From: Acidimicrobiaceae bacterium
GTDB lineage: Bacteria; Actinomycetota; Acidimicrobiia; Acidimicrobiales; Salinilacustritrichaceae
Direction of reading: 5' to 3'
Assembly: GCA_036675575.1 (NCBI GenBank)
Contig: JAKFET010000049.1
Location: forward strand, 619 to 64,618
DNA length: 64,000 nucleotides
How positions within the stretch are numbered: the stretch's first letter is position 1; each line of letters opens with the position of its first letter. A model generated the notes under the pieces. That model saw nothing but the letters and a program-made list of their open reading frames with translations. It made no database searches and was not told the origin of the DNA. A program made the position numbers and the translations under genes. This document shows, one piece after another, positions 54,443-63,092 of the stretch.

Positions 54443-55051
54443 GTGGCACGGATGAGGACCGGCGTGCGCCCGCGCGCGCTCGCACTGCTCGCCGTCGCCG
54501 GCCTCGCCGGCGCCGGGTGCAACGACGACGGCAGGACGCTCGAGCCGACGTCGGCGACGATGCCGCCGACGGAGATCCCGGAGACCTCGACCACCGGGGA
54601 GGCCCTCGGCCTGCGGGTGTCGAGCCCGGACGTGATCGAGGGGTCCGAGCTCGACCCGGCCTTCACCTGCGACGGCGAGGGTCGCGCGCCCGAGCTCGTC
54701 TTCAGCGGCGCCCCGCCGGCCGCCGCCGAGCTCGCCGTCGTGATCGTCGACGTGGGTGCCGCCGATCGCGTCCACTTCGCCGTGTCCGGCCTGCCCGCCA
54801 CCACCACGGGCCTGGATCCGCTGCAACCCCCCGACGACGCCGTCCTCGCCCGGACCGGCTCCGATGTCCTCGGTTGGGAGGCGCCGTGCCCCGCTCCGGG
54901 GGCGGCGGCGCACCGCTACGAGATCCGCCTCTACGCCATGGCCGAGCCGGTGGGCTTGGCGCCCGGCCTGCCCGGCGCCGAGGCCCTCGACGTCGTCGAG
55001 CGAGCGGCGCTCGATCTCGCCCGCCTGTCGTTCACCGCCGCAGGCGCGTGA
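54443..55051 (+). CDS. YbhB/YbcL (PEBP/Raf-kinase-inhibitor-like) lipoprotein
   Basis: 202-aa ORF with lipobox LAGAGC (ATG 54452 is an alternative start). HRYEIRLYA motif of bacterial PEBPs. Confidence 0.75.
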   Translation: MARMRTGVRPRALALLAVAGLAGAGCNDDGRTLEPTSATMPPTEIPETSTTGEALGLRVSSPDVIEGSELDPAFTCDGEGRAPELVFSGAPPAAAELAVVIVDVGAADRVHFAVSGLPATTTGLDPLQPPDDAVLARTGSDVLGWEAPCPAPGAAAHRYEIRLYAMAEPVGLAPGLPGAEALDVVERAALDLARLSFTAAGA

Positions 55052-55914
55052 TGCGTGCGCTCCCGTCCGCCGAAGGTCGCCTGCGGCGGGGCGTGTACCT
55101 GCCCCCGTTCGGACCCTTCGGTGAGCCGGACGTGGTCGTGGACCTGGCGGTGCGCGCCGAGGCGGCCGGGTGGGACGGGGTCTTCCTGTGGGACCACGTC
55201 GTCGCCGACGCACCACCGATCACCGACCCCTGGACGACGCTGGCCGCCGTGGCCGTGGCGACCGAGCGGATCCTCCTGGGCCCCACGGTCACGCCGCTCC
55301 CCCGCCGGCGTCCCTGGGTGGTGGCCAGGCACGCCTCCACCGTCAGCCGCCTGTCCGGCGGCCGGCTCGTGCTCGGGGTGGGGCTCGGTTCGGACGAGTC
55401 CGGCGACCTGAGCCGATTCGGCGAGCCGACCGACCTGCGCACCCGGGCGGCCATGGTCGACGAGGGGATCGACATCATGCGGGCGGTGTGGGGCGGGACC
55501 CCCTACCGCCACGCCGGCGCCCACTACGAGGTCCACCTCGACGCAGGCCGGCCCGAGCCCCACCCGATCCCGGTGTGGATCGCATGCTCGACGCCGCACC
55601 GGGGCGTCCTCGCCCGCGCCGCCGAGAACGACGGCATCTTCGCGATCAGCGACCACACCCTGCGACCCGACGAGGTGGCGGCGATCGCCGACGCCACGCC
55701 GGCCGGCACCCCGGGACGTCCCTTCGACGTGGTCGTGTCGGGCAACGCCAGCCACGCATGGGAGCGACCCAACCCCGACGGCGTCGATCTCGACGCGCTC
55801 GCCGGGGCCGGGGCGACGTGGTGGCTCGAGTCGCTGGTCCACTTCGACCCCCTCGGGCTCTCGCTCGAGGTGGTCGACGCCGGGCCGCCGGGCCCGGCGC
55901 TAGATCAGCCGTAG
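55051..55914 (+). CDS. LLM-class oxidoreductase
   Basis: 287 aa. The ATG shares 1 nt with the upstream TGA. Luciferase-like pattern (AEAAGWDGVFLWDH...LVLGVGLG). Confidence 0.75.
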   Translation: MRALPSAEGRLRRGVYLPPFGPFGEPDVVVDLAVRAEAAGWDGVFLWDHVVADAPPITDPWTTLAAVAVATERILLGPTVTPLPRRRPWVVARHASTVSRLSGGRLVLGVGLGSDESGDLSRFGEPTDLRTRAAMVDEGIDIMRAVWGGTPYRHAGAHYEVHLDAGRPEPHPIPVWIACSTPHRGVLARAAENDGIFAISDHTLRPDEVAAIADATPAGTPGRPFDVVVSGNASHAWERPNPDGVDLDALAGAGATWWLESLVHFDPLGLSLEVVDAGPPGPALDQP

Positions 55915-56378
55915 GTGAGGCGGGTGATCCAGTCGGCGATGACCGCCGGCTTGTCGGAGCCCTCGATCTCGATCGTGTAGGTGCGGGTGGCGTTGACCGA
56001 GCTGCCCTTGAGCTCTGCGGCCTTGACGACGGCGCGGGCCCGGATGCGGGAGCCGCTCGGCACGGGTGCGATGAAGCGGATCTTGTCGAAGCCGTAGTTC
56101 ACGCCCATGGTCACGCCCTTGAACGTCTCCGGGTCCTGCTTGATGGAGGCCGAGAGCGGGACGAGCAGCGAGAGCGTCAGGAACCCGTGGGCGATCGTGC
56201 CGCCGAACGGGGTGTTCTTGGCCGCCTCCGGATCGACGTGGATGAACTGGTGGTCCATCGTCACGTCGGCGAACTGGTTGATCATCTCCTGGGTGACCTG
56301 GATCCACTCGCCCGGCTCGCCCTCCTGGCCGATCAGCTCCTGGAACTTGGCGTGCGCGGCCTCTGCGGCTTCGGACAT
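55905..56378 (-). CDS. MaoC-like dehydratase (single hot-dog)
   Basis: 157 aa from ATG 56378 (GGAG 8 nt upstream). FADVTMDHQFIHVDPEAA...GTIAHG. Confidence 0.85.
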   Translation of the reverse strand: MSEAAEAAHAKFQELIGQEGEPGEWIQVTQEMINQFADVTMDHQFIHVDPEAAKNTPFGGTIAHGFLTLSLLVPLSASIKQDPETFKGVTMGVNYGFDKIRFIAPVPSGSRIRARAVVKAAELKGSSVNATRTYTIEIEGSDKPAVIADWITRLTYG

Positions 56379-56419
56379 CTTCAGGTCTCCTCGTGGGTCG
56401 TCTCGATTGCGCGGCGACC

Positions 56420-57253
56420 CTAGCGGCGGTCGTCCTCGTCGACCGGACCTGCTCCGTCGCCCTCCTCGAGGGCATCGTCGGTGATGTCGACGACCTCGTC
56501 GTCCGGGCCGATCTCCGTCCCGTCGACGTCGATGACCTCGCCGTCGGCCGCAGCCGCCCTGTCCGCCCGCAGCTCGGCGAGCCGCTCCTTGGACTCGGCC
56601 CGACGAGACTGGAAGCCACCTACGGCCATGGCGATCATCGACGGCAGGGTGATGATCCCGTACGGCCCGGCGAACAGGAAGATGTACGCCGCCAGCCCGA
56701 TCATCGCCATGGTCCACACGTTCGAGCGCTGCGGGCGCTTGGTGAACCACACGGCGGCGCCGGTGATCAGGATGGGCGTGAGCATGACGCCGGCCGCCAC
56801 GGCCGGGCCCTCCTCGTCGAGGAGCTTGGCGTCCTCGACGTAGGTGACCGTGCCGGCCTCCTCGTCGACCTCCTGGTCCTGCTCGTCGATGGTCTCGAGC
56901 ACCGGGTCGTCGCGGTCGACCTCGCGCTGCACCTGGACCGGAGCGAAGAGCAGGGTGCCGGCCGACACGATCGTGAACATGAAGGCCATGACCACGGCAC
57001 GCTGGCCGGGGATCGAGTACCGGGCCTTGCGGGCCGCCCGCGCCGCCGCCCCCTTGCCTGCTGCGCCGGTCTTCTCGCCGCCCGCCTGGGCGCGACCGCC
57101 CGCGCGCGACGTCGAGACCGGGCGAGCCGCCTCGCGCTCACCCCGGGACAGGGCGGTGGCCTCGCCGGCGTGCACCGAGCGCGCCTGGCGGGCCTGGCGC
57201 TGGTTGCGGTTCTGCCGCTGACGCTGCTGCTTGTTCGGTCGCTTCGTGGCCAT
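56420..57253 (-). CDS. membrane protein, unknown function
   Basis: 277 aa from ATG 57253. Very basic N-terminus (KRPNKQQRQRQNRNQRQARQAR), 3-4 TM helices and an acidic C-terminus. Confidence 0.6.
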   Translation of the reverse strand: MATKRPNKQQRQRQNRNQRQARQARSVHAGEATALSRGEREAARPVSTSRAGGRAQAGGEKTGAAGKGAAARAARKARYSIPGQRAVVMAFMFTIVSAGTLLFAPVQVQREVDRDDPVLETIDEQDQEVDEEAGTVTYVEDAKLLDEEGPAVAAGVMLTPILITGAAVWFTKRPQRSNVWTMAMIGLAAYIFLFAGPYGIITLPSMIAMAVGGFQSRRAESKERLAELRADRAAAADGEVIDVDGTEIGPDDEVVDITDDALEEGDGAGPVDEDDRR

Positions 57254-57378
57254 CGGGTCGACGGTAGAGCCCCGGTCCGATCCGGCCCCACTCGCCCCTC
57301 CGGTCCGACCGCTCACATGGGGTGAAAGGGATCGAAGGACCTTTTCAGGAGATGTTGCACGTGACTACATTCTCGACG

Positions 57379-58023
57379 ATGCGGCGGCTCCTACCCGCCC
57401 TGCTCGGTGCCACCCTCCTCCTCGGCGCCTGCGGGGACGACGACGACGACGGCGATCGATCCGCCGTGACCTCCATCCCGGACGAGACGACGACGTCAAC
57501 ATCGAGCACGACCACCGAGCCGCCCACCGTCGCCCCCGACGTGATCCCTCAGGACGAGAGTCAGATCACCGAGGAGTACGTCGAGGCGGTGCTTGACGCT
57601 CTCTATGCCGCCATGCTCGAGGCCACAGCGACTGCTCGGGAAGCAGGTTTTGTGGAGGAGCCTGCCGTCCGGGTGGCCGAGGCAACAAACACACCCGATG
57701 GGTCCCGAGGCTTGCTGAACAGCCTTACTGAGGCTGCGGCGAACGGATTCGCGGGTTACCGCGACGAGCTGTCACCGGTCGATGTGACCGTGCTGGATCT
57801 ACACGAGCGAACGCTCACATGCGCCTTCGCCGAAGCAACGTTCGACACCTCCGGCCTGACGACGACATCGCCGTCCACCGACGGCTTCCGGCTCTTCGTG
57901 CGGATCGTGGCCGCAACAGAGGAACAGAGAGCGTCGGGCCTGAACCCCACCGCATGGGTGCTCGACGAGTTGCCGGCGACTGACGACGGCAGCATTCCCG
58001 AACGTCAGTGCGAAGGAGTCTGA
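57379..58023 (+). CDS. lipoprotein, unknown function, atypical codon usage
   Basis: ORF 57322-58023. ATG 57379 gives MRRLLPALLGATLLLGAC (lipobox). About 27 percent of the last 150 codons end in A/T (hand count). Confidence 0.6.
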   Translation: MRRLLPALLGATLLLGACGDDDDDGDRSAVTSIPDETTTSTSSTTTEPPTVAPDVIPQDESQITEEYVEAVLDALYAAMLEATATAREAGFVEEPAVRVAEATNTPDGSRGLLNSLTEAAANGFAGYRDELSPVDVTVLDLHERTLTCAFAEATFDTSGLTTTSPSTDGFRLFVRIVAATEEQRASGLNPTAWVLDELPATDDGSIPERQCEGV

Positions 58024-58845
58024 GTGCGCAGAACGTTCCTCCGCCTAGGCGTAGTGGTGGTGGCACTGGTCGGAGGCCTTCGCGTTCCTGTTGCGGCGGA
58101 CCACCTCGGGTGTTTCGTTGACCGCGCCAATCCCGGTTCAGTCAGGTGCCAGGGCCATGAGCAGGGCGGCAGTTCGGTCCAACCCGTCAGCGCCGGCCCG
58201 CCGACCACGGCCTACCCGTTCCGAGAAGCCTGGCGAGCGTTCCTGGCCCAGGACGGCGACGGCAACACGTGCGTCAGCACGGCACCGGTGCGACTCGGGC
58301 GCGAGCCGAGCCGGGAGGACGACGTGCAGTCCGAGGCCCAGTTCTTCCGGCTCATGCGCCTCTACTCCGTCTGCCCCGACGCCGAGCTGCCGACGACCAC
58401 GCCGGCGATGGAGGCGGCCGCCTTCTTCCAGCAGATCTCCCTGCCGGTGCCCACGCCACACGTCGAGCCGGGGTCGCTGCCGGTCGGGTTCGAGGCGTTC
58501 CTCGAGACCGGGGCGCCGACGAGCCAGACGTTCGGGCCCGTCGACACGCCGTTCGGGCCGCTGACGCTCACGGCGACGGCGCAGATCCACGTCGACTGGG
58601 ACGATCCCCACGACGGGGTCGACGGCGAGGAGGGTCCGTACGCCGGTCAGCCCGGGCCGTACCCCACCGGCGAGATCCGCCACGTGTACCAGCACCACGG
58701 CGTGTACGACATCGCCGTGCGCTACGTGTGGACGGCCACGTGGTCCATCGGCGACACCGGCGGCACGATCGAAGGTGCGGAGACCTCCGGGAGCTACCCG
58801 GACCCGGGGTTCGAGGCCTACAGCAGGGAAGCCGTCGGCCGCTGA
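58024..58845 (+). CDS. secreted protein, unknown function
   Basis: 273-aa ORF. GTG lies directly after the upstream TGA, with GAAGGAG 6 nt upstream. Has a signal-like N-terminus. A C-terminal beta-rich segment (IRHVYQHHGVYDIAVRYVWTATWS) is PKD-like. Confidence 0.6.
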   Translation: MRRTFLRLGVVVVALVGGLRVPVAADHLGCFVDRANPGSVRCQGHEQGGSSVQPVSAGPPTTAYPFREAWRAFLAQDGDGNTCVSTAPVRLGREPSREDDVQSEAQFFRLMRLYSVCPDAELPTTTPAMEAAAFFQQISLPVPTPHVEPGSLPVGFEAFLETGAPTSQTFGPVDTPFGPLTLTATAQIHVDWDDPHDGVDGEEGPYAGQPGPYPTGEIRHVYQHHGVYDIAVRYVWTATWSIGDTGGTIEGAETSGSYPDPGFEAYSREAVGR

Positions 58846-59468
58846 GCCTCCGTTGCCTCCCAGCGGGGCCGGAACATGATCGACATGCGGGGGCCGACCG
58901 CCCGGGTCGTCTTCGGGACGCCGTGGCGCCAGGTGCGCTGGATCGTCCCGCCCATGACCAGCAGGTCGCCCATGCCGAAGTCGAACGACACGGACGACCC
59001 TCCGCCGACCGGGGTGAGGTGGAACCGCCTCGGCGCGCCGAGTGACACGATCGCCATCGTCGAGCTGTGCAGCTCGCGGGCGATCGTGTCGCCGTGTGGG
59101 GCCACCGAATCGCGGCCGTCGCGGTAGAGGGCGAGGCCGATGCGGTCCATGCGCTCGCCGAACCGCCCCCCGAGCACCTTCGTGATCTCCCGCAGGACCG
59201 GGTGGCCGGGACCGCTCTTCGGGATGGATGCCGTGAGGCGGGGGACGTCGACGATGCGCTCGTACATGGGCCGCCGCCCGGCGTGCCAGGACGTGGTCTC
59301 GACGAGGTGGTCCATCAGCGTCTGGTCGCCGCCGACCCAGCTCGGCACCCGCACGATCCACGCCCCGTGGGCGAGGTCGACCCGACCCTCGGGGAGCAGG
59401 CCGGTGAGGCGAGGTTCGGTCGCGCCGAACAGGGATCGCTGGACGCCGGCCTCGGCCAGAGCGGACAT
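58818..59468 (-). CDS. alkB: alpha-ketoglutarate/Fe(II)-dependent dioxygenase AlkB (alkylation repair)
   Basis: 216-aa ORF with an HxD (APHGDT), a distal His (WRHGVPK), and RMSIMFR. Length and order fit AlkB. Confidence 0.8.
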   Translation of the reverse strand: MSALAEAGVQRSLFGATEPRLTGLLPEGRVDLAHGAWIVRVPSWVGGDQTLMDHLVETTSWHAGRRPMYERIVDVPRLTASIPKSGPGHPVLREITKVLGGRFGERMDRIGLALYRDGRDSVAPHGDTIARELHSSTMAIVSLGAPRRFHLTPVGGGSSVSFDFGMGDLLVMGGTIQRTWRHGVPKTTRAVGPRMSIMFRPRWEATEAQRPTASLL

Positions 59469-59480
59469 GGTCCGAGCCTA

Positions 59481-59494
59481 CGAACGCACGTTCG
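59481..59494. promoter_or_regulatory. LexA (SOS/Cheo-type) box CGAAC-GCAC-GTTCG upstream of alkB
   Basis: Perfect GAAC-N4-GTTC palindrome, 13 nt upstream of the alkB ATG (59468). Confidence 0.7.
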
Positions 59495-59566
59495 GGGACG
59501 TCAACCGGTGATCCTGCCGTTCGTACGTCATCATCGGGGGACGAGTCCGCGAGATCCCCGATCGGG

Positions 59567-62500
59567 TCAGCGGAAGTCGCGGCTCTTGGGCGAACCCCGC
59601 ACGGGGAGGAGGGAGAGGCGCTCGGCCACGATGTTGATGACCCCCTCCGAGCGCTCGCAGCGGCCCCGGATGAGCATCGCCGGGGCGCTGAGCGCCACCC
59701 GGCGGTGGGCGTTCCAGCAGCCCTTGGACACCACGACGTTGATGAGGCCGGTCTCGTCCTCCAGGTTGAGGAACATGGTGCCGCCGGCGGTGGCGGGGCG
59801 CTGGCGGTGGGTCACGACGCCGCCGATGAGGACCTTCGAGCCGGGCTCGACGTCCCACAGGCCGGCAGAGGTGACGACGCCCAGGCGGTCGAGGTCCTCC
59901 CGGATGAACCGGGTGGGGTGGCCATCGGGGCTCATGCCGGTGGACCACAGGTCGGCCCGGGCCTCCTCGAGCTCGTCCATGCCCGGGAGCGCCGGCGCCT
60001 CGGCCCCGGTGACGATCCCGGGCAGCCGGTCGACCCCGCCTTGGGCGACCGAGCCGGCCTGCCACAGCGCCTCGCGCCGGGTGAGCGGGGCGCCGGTGCG
60101 GGGCGAGCGGAAGCAGCCGAACGCGCCGGCGGTGGCCAGGGCCTCGAGCTGGGGCAGGGTGAGGGGCACCCGGCGGGCCAGGTCCTCCATCGAGGTGAAC
60201 GGGCCGCCGGCATCTCGCGCCGCTTCGATCTGGCGGGCCACGTCGTCGCCGATGTTGCGCACCTCGCGCAGGCCGAGCTGGACGACCGGCCCGCCCTTGC
60301 CCCACACCTCGGCCGGCAACCCCCGGGTGGTGTCCACCGGATCTGCCACCGAGAAGCCCTCGGCTTCCGAGGGCTCCTCGCAGCGATTTTCCGATGGCGG
60401 GTCCCAACACAGCGTGGCCTTGGCGGCGGAGACCGAGACCTCGGGGGTGCGGACCTCGACGCCGTGGCGCCGGGCGTCCTGGATGAGCGAGTGCGGCGAC
60501 CAGAACCCCATGGGCTGGGCGTTGAGCAGGCCGGCGCAGAACGCCGCGGGGTGGAAGCGCTTGAGCCAGGACGAGGCGTAGACGAGGTAGGCGAAGGACA
60601 CCGAGTGGCTCTCGGGGAAGCCGTAGTTGGCGAAGGCGGCCAGCTTCAGCCAGATCTGCTCGATGACGTCGTCGGGCACGTCGCGCTCGCGGGCGCCGGC
60701 GGTGAAGCGGGCGTGCAGGCGCTCCATCCGCTCGGGCGAGCGCTTGGAGCCCATGGCCTGGCGGAGCTGGTCGGCCTCGGCCGGCGTGAAGCCCCCGACG
60801 TCGATGGCCATCTGCATGAGCTGCTCCTGGAACAGGGGCACGCCGAGCGTCTTCTCGAGCGAGGACTCCAGCAGCGGGTGGAGGTAGGTGACCTCCTCGT
60901 GCCCGTTGCGCCGGCGGATGTAGGGGTGCACCGAGCCACCCTGGATGGGGCCGGGGCGGATGAGGGCGACCTCGACCACCAGGTCGTAGAACTTCCGGGG
61001 GCGCAGGCGGGGCAGCGTGGCCATCTGGGCGCGGGACTCGACCTGGAACACGCCCACCGAGTCGGCGGCGCCGAGCATGTCGTAGACCTCATCGTCCTCG
61101 GGCATCTCGGCCAGGTCGAGCTCGATGCCGTAGGCGGCGTGCACCAGGTCGATGGTCTCGTGCAGGGCGGTGAGCATGCCGAGGCCGAGCAGGTCGAACT
61201 TCACGAGGCCGGCGGCGGCGCAGTCGTCCTTGTCCCACTGCAGCACGGAGCGGATGGGCACGTCGGCACGGACCGTGGCCCCCTCCCGCCCCTGGAAGCG
61301 GCCCCACTCGACCGGGCAGACCTCGACCACCGGTCGGTCGCACAGCACCATGCCGCCGGAGTGGATGCCGAGGTGTCGGGGGAAGTGCTCGACCTCGGCG
61401 GCCAGCTCCACCACGTCGACGGGCAGCTCCTCGGCCGCCCCGGGCTGGGACATGGTGGAGGCGATGTTGCCCCAGGCGTCGGCGGCCTTGGCGAAGGCGT
61501 CCTGCTGGCCGGTGGCGTAGCCGAGGGCCTTGGCCATGTCCCGGATCGAGGACCGGGCCCGGTAGGTGATGACGTTGGCGACCTGGGCCGCGTGGCGGCG
61601 CCCGTGGCGCTCGTAGACGTACTGGATGACCTCCTCGCGGCGGTTGGACTCGATGTCGATGTCGATGTCGGGCGGGCCGTCGCGCTCGGGTGAGAGGAAC
61701 CGCTCGAACAGCAGGCCGAGGCGCACGGCGTCGGCCTTGGTGATGCCGAGGGCGAAGCACACCGCCGAGTTGGCCGCGCTCCCCCGGCCCTGGCAGTAGA
61801 TCCCGGCCTTGCGGCAGAACTCGACCAGGTCCCACACGATGAGGAAGTAGCCGGGGAACCCGAGGGTCTCGATGAGGGCGAGCTCGTGGTCGATCTGGGC
61901 CCACGCCCCCGGCTGGCGCTCGGCGTGGCGGGGCCCGTAGCGGCGGGTGGCGCCCGCCTCGGTGAGGTGCCGCAGGTACGCCATCTCGTCCAGGCCCTCC
62001 GGACAGGGGAACGGGGGCAGGTTGGGCGCGACCAGGTGCAGGTCGAACGCGCAGGCCCGACCCAGCTCGGCGGCCAGCTCGACCGCACCCGGGTAGCGGG
62101 CGAAGCGGCGGGCCTGCTCGTCGCCCGAGCGGAGGTGGGCGGTGGCCGCCGGGGGGAGCCAGCCGTCGGCGTCGTCCAGGCTGCGCCGGGCCCGCACGGC
62201 GGCCAGCGCGGTGGCCAGGCGGCGCTCGCCCGGGGTGGCGTAGTGGACGTTGTTGGTGGCCACGACCTCCACGCCGACCCGGTGGGCGATGGCGGCCAGC
62301 GCGTCGTTGCGGGCCGAGTCGAGCGGGTCGTGGTGGTCCCACAGCTCGACCACGACGTTGCCGGCGCCGAAGGTGTCGACCAGCCGGTGCACCTCGCGCT
62401 CGGCGGCGGCCGGGCCGTGGGCGTGCAGCGCCCGGTTGACCGCCCCCTTGCGACAGCCCGTGAGCACCAGCCACTCCCCGCCGTGGGCCCGGGACCAGTC

Positions 62501-63031
62501 GATGCCGTCGTACACGGGCTTGCCCTTCTCGGCCCCGGCCAGCTGGGCGGTGGAGATGGTGTCGGCCAGGCGGGCGTAGCCGGCGGGGCCCCGGGCCAGC
62601 ACGAGCAGGTGGGATCCCTCGGGGTCGGGGATCCCGTTCTGGGGCTGGGTGAGCCCGAGGGACAGCTCGGCCCCGAACACGGTGGGCAGGCCGGCGGCCC
62701 GGGCCGCCTCGGCGAAGCGGACCACGCCGTAGAAGCCGTCGTGGTCGGTGAGGGCCAAGGCCTCGAGGCCGAGGCGGGTGGCCTCCTCGGCCAGGGCCTC
62801 GGGGTGGGAGGCGCCGTCGAGGAAGCTGAAGTTCGAGTGGCAGTGCAGCTCGGCGTAGGGCACCGTGGCCGTGCGCCGCCGCAGGTCGGCCGGGGGCACG
62901 TAGGACGGCCGGTGGTAGGACCATGCCGGGCTGTCGCCTCCGTCACCCTCGGACCGCGTGGGCTTGCGGTGCCGGTCCGACAGGGTCCGCTCCAGGTCGC
63001 TCCAGGGCAGGTCCGGGTTGTTGAAGCCCAC
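59567..63031 (-). CDS. dnaE2: error-prone DNA polymerase III alpha-like subunit DnaE2 (ImuC)
   Basis: 1154-aa ORF with the PHP domain YAELHCHSNFSFLDGAS. The Pol III alpha core lacks the C-terminal tau-binding extension. GTG start with a LexA box upstream. Confidence 0.9.
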   Translation of the reverse strand: MGFNNPDLPWSDLERTLSDRHRKPTRSEGDGGDSPAWSYHRPSYVPPADLRRRTATVPYAELHCHSNFSFLDGASHPEALAEEATRLGLEALALTDHDGFYGVVRFAEAARAAGLPTVFGAELSLGLTQPQNGIPDPEGSHLLVLARGPAGYARLADTISTAQLAGAEKGKPVYDGIDWSRAHGGEWLVLTGCRKGAVNRALHAHGPAAAEREVHRLVDTFGAGNVVVELWDHHDPLDSARNDALAAIAHRVGVEVVATNNVHYATPGERRLATALAAVRARRSLDDADGWLPPAATAHLRSGDEQARRFARYPGAVELAAELGRACAFDLHLVAPNLPPFPCPEGLDEMAYLRHLTEAGATRRYGPRHAERQPGAWAQIDHELALIETLGFPGYFLIVWDLVEFCRKAGIYCQGRGSAANSAVCFALGITKADAVRLGLLFERFLSPERDGPPDIDIDIESNRREEVIQYVYERHGRRHAAQVANVITYRARSSIRDMAKALGYATGQQDAFAKAADAWGNIASTMSQPGAAEELPVDVVELAAEVEHFPRHLGIHSGGMVLCDRPVVEVCPVEWGRFQGREGATVRADVPIRSVLQWDKDDCAAAGLVKFDLLGLGMLTALHETIDLVHAAYGIELDLAEMPEDDEVYDMLGAADSVGVFQVESRAQMATLPRLRPRKFYDLVVEVALIRPGPIQGGSVHPYIRRRNGHEEVTYLHPLLESSLEKTLGVPLFQEQLMQMAIDVGGFTPAEADQLRQAMGSKRSPERMERLHARFTAGARERDVPDDVIEQIWLKLAAFANYGFPESHSVSFAYLVYASSWLKRFHPAAFCAGLLNAQPMGFWSPHSLIQDARRHGVEVRTPEVSVSAAKATLCWDPPSENRCEEPSEAEGFSVADPVDTTRGLPAEVWGKGGPVVQLGLREVRNIGDDVARQIEAARDAGGPFTSMEDLARRVPLTLPQLEALATAGAFGCFRSPRTGAPLTRREALWQAGSVAQGGVDRLPGIVTGAEAPALPGMDELEEARADLWSTGMSPDGHPTRFIREDLDRLGVVTSAGLWDVEPGSKVLIGGVVTHRQRPATAGGTMFLNLEDETGLINVVVSKGCWNAHRRVALSAPAMLIRGRCERSEGVINIVAERLSLLPVRGSPKSRDFR

Positions 63032-63046
63032 GTCAGGGACCGTAGA

Positions 63047-63060
63047 CGAACACCTGTTCG
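63047..63060. promoter_or_regulatory. LexA (SOS/Cheo-type) box CGAAC-ACCT-GTTCG upstream of dnaE2
   Basis: Perfect palindrome, 16 nt upstream of the dnaE2 GTG (63031). Confidence 0.75.
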
Positions 63061-63078
63061 GTCACCAGAGGCGTTGGT

Positions 63079-63091
63079 TATGGACTCCATA
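63079..63091. promoter_or_regulatory. AT-rich 13-bp palindrome TATGGA-C-TCCATA in the dnaE2/katG divergent region
   Basis: Perfect 6+1+6 palindrome, conspicuous in a GC-rich context. Lies 83 nt upstream of the katG ATG. Confidence 0.3.
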
Positions 63092-63092
63092 G

